IMG/VR virus record: IMGVR_UViG_3300048575_000470 | Coordinates: 1 to 26,095 of that record | Length of the DNA: 26,095 nt | From: a virus | Lineage: Duplodnaviria > Caudoviricetes | Direction: 5' to 3' (one strand) | In this document: positions 25,581-26,095 of the stretch, piece by piece | How positions within the stretch are numbered: the stretch's first letter is position 1 | Layout: each line of letters starts with the position of its first letter | Program-made: the position numbers and the translations under genes | Notes under the pieces: model-generated | The model's input: only the letters and a program-made list of their open reading frames with translations | The model's database searches: none | What the model was told of the DNA's origin: nothing

Positions 25581-26089
25581 GGCACGTACCGGAAGAACCG
25601 GTGGTGACCGATGGAGGCGAATGGCAGACCCTTAGCCCAGCCCGGCATGCGCACGGCATCGGGGTTGTAGTAGTGCGTCGTTTCGGGCAGCCGATCTTGA
25701 GCCTTGCCTGAGATCACGTCGCGGGCGAGCTGGTGGGCACGGCAGAACCGCGGGTCGCTGTGATCGACCTTCAGCGCCTTCTGGCGGTTCGGGTCGTTCT
25801 CGTTCCAGCACGAGAACTGGTGAAAGGTGCGAAAGCTCGCAAGACAGGCGCCCGCGATGGAGCCATCGCCAAACAAACTATGCGGCTTGCCGTGTTCGGC
25901 AAGGTGATCCTTGGCCAGCGCCACCCGGTGCATGATGACATAGCCGACGGCAATCTGGCCCTCTTCAGGTTCCGAACGCGCTTCGGCATAAATGGTCCGG
26001 GCGAGGACCTCGTCCTCGCCCAGGGCCGCGATGTTCCGGTCGGCATATGCGATCATGGCGGCGACAATGCGCTGCCGCCGCCGCGACAT
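25577..26089 (-). CDS. Endolysin, SleB/Hydrolase_2 cell wall hydrolase family
   Basis: Motifs LARTIYAEARSE (catalytic Glu), GQIAV..VI..RV, QFSCWN..DPN, THYY and IG.HRF. The exact start is uncertain at the window edge. Confidence 0.92.
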   Translation of the reverse strand: MSRRRQRIVAAMIAYADRNIAALGEDEVLARTIYAEARSEPEEGQIAVGYVIMHRVALAKDHLAEHGKPHSLFGDGSIAGACLASFRTFHQFSCWNENDPNRQKALKVDHSDPRFCRAHQLARDVISGKAQDRLPETTHYYNPDAVRMPGWAKGLPFASIGHHRFFRYVP

Positions 26090-26095
26090 GGCCTC

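Larger units (their letters stand above)
1..26089 (-). mobile_element. Late (lysis/head/tail) region of a Mu-like transposable siphophage or prophage
   Basis: Mu-type order gp25-gp26-gp27-gp28-gp29-gpF-protease-capsid-gp36, followed by a lambda-like non-contractile tail module (tube, chaperone frameshift, tape measure, M/L/K/I-J-like). No sheath gene. Transposase and phage ends are outside the window. Confidence 0.92.

Overview
The window is the late region (lysis, head and tail genes) of a transposable Mu-like phage or prophage with a non-contractile lambda-type tail, the D3112/RcapMu-style architecture. The host is probably a GC-rich proteobacterium, and an alphaproteobacterium is plausible by inference. 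All credible genes are on the minus strand and most are translationally coupled. Reading from 26089 down to 1, the lysis block is a SleB-type endolysin, holin, small ORF, i-spanin with a fully embedded o-spanin, TraR/DksA zinc finger, DUF2730 (Mu gp25-like) and gp26-like gene. The head block is the small and large terminase, portal, MuF, protease with a nested scaffold, decoration protein, major capsid and a gp35/FI-like gene. The neck and tail block is gp36, gpG-like, tail terminator, tail tube, a frameshifted tail chaperone pair, tape measure, tail-tip proteins, a 1515-aa central fibre with 29 ten-residue repeats, a GNVGIGT-repeat side fibre and two small fibre-associated genes. The most unusual element lies between the capsid and neck genes. 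It is an intact initiator tRNA-fMet (15502-15578) with an anticodon-stem mismatch, followed directly by a ~115-nt predicted structured RNA with complementary loops and a symmetric AGAG/AGAG internal loop. Product calls rest on recognised motifs and gene order, not on database searches, and RNA structures were folded by eye.
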